From a virus (Duplodnaviria; Caudoviricetes), in the IMG/VR virus record IMGVR_UViG_2744054842_000001, positions 1 through 64,000 of that record: DNA of 64,000 bases, one strand, 5' to 3'. This document shows positions 63,556 through 64,000 of this stretch, one piece after another. The stretch's first letter is position 1. Every line of letters begins with the position of its first letter. Under the pieces are notes generated by a model. The model ran no database searches. It worked only from the letters and a program-made list of their open reading frames with translations, and was not told the DNA's origin. The position numbers were made by a program, and so were the translations under genes.

Positions 63556-64000
63556 ATGACCACAGCAATCGACCTTTTCGCCGGCCTCGGCGGATGGAGC
63601 ACCGGCGCGCGCGCCGCAGGCGTCCAGGTTCTCTGGGCGGCGAACCACTGGCCGGTGGCCATTGAATGGCACAGCGCCAATCACCCCGACACGCAGCATG
63701 TTTGCCAGGACCTGCACCAGGCACGCTGGGAGCAGGTGCCGGCACACGACATCCTGCTGGCCTCGCCCTGCTGCCAAGGGCACGCAAAGGCCCGCGGGAA
63801 GAAGTCAGGCAACCCAGAGCACGACGCATCGCGTTCGACGGCATGGGCGCCAGTATCGGCCCTTGAGTTCCACCGGCCGCAGGCGGCGGTGATCGAGAAC
63901 GTTCCGGAGTTCACCGACTGGCTGCTCTACCCGGCTTGGCTGCAGGCCATCCAAGCGATGGGCTACCAGTGTGCGCCGCACATCGTGGACTGCGCCGACC
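63556..64000 (+). CDS. DNA cytosine-5 methyltransferase (runs off the window)
   Basis: IDLFAGLGG, SPCCQGH, ENV motifs. Confidence 0.92.
   Translation, partial: MTTAIDLFAGLGGWSTGARAAGVQVLWAANHWPVAIEWHSANHPDTQHVCQDLHQARWEQVPAHDILLASPCCQGHAKARGKKSGNPEHDASRSTAWAPVSALEFHRPQAAVIENVPEFTDWLLYPAWLQAIQAMGYQCAPHIVDCAD

Larger units (their letters stand above)
1079..64000. mobile_element. Lambdoid siphovirus-type prophage integrated at tRNA-Cys; right end outside the window
   Basis: Ordered lysis, tail, head, terminase, nin, replication, cro/cI and recombination modules. Confidence 0.95.

Overview
Most of the window (about 1.1 kb to beyond 64 kb) is a lambdoid, siphovirus-type prophage of a Pseudomonas-like host; the host is inferred from gene content, not verified. 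Its left end is a 3'-half copy of tRNA-Cys (att site, 1079-1126), next to an older integrase remnant and a broken IS3. Left to right the modules are: cargo and SOS genes, endolysin/spanin, two receptor-binding proteins, tail, an immI-like accessory island, head and terminase, holins, nin/Q, replication, cro/cI immunity, and the early-left recombination and methylase genes. The integrase is presumably beyond the right edge. The most notable element is in the immI-like island (23456-24754, minus strand). A small RAMP/Cas7-like gene and a coupled accessory gene are followed by a two-unit non-coding array (120-bp period). Each unit is a conserved hairpin scaffold plus 11-12 phased pentamers (mostly GGY, then a variable NN). 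This is a candidate non-CRISPR RNA-guided system (VIPR-like). Other points: a MuF minor head protein with a JAB/MPN-like toxin extension, FRG and HATPase-STAS morons, HigBA and HicAB, a homing endonuclease beside a duplicated ninG 3' end, an inverted pair of GGGTCGAAA-loop hairpins bounding cargo, and several recombination scars. All calls come from motif recognition by eye; no searches were run.
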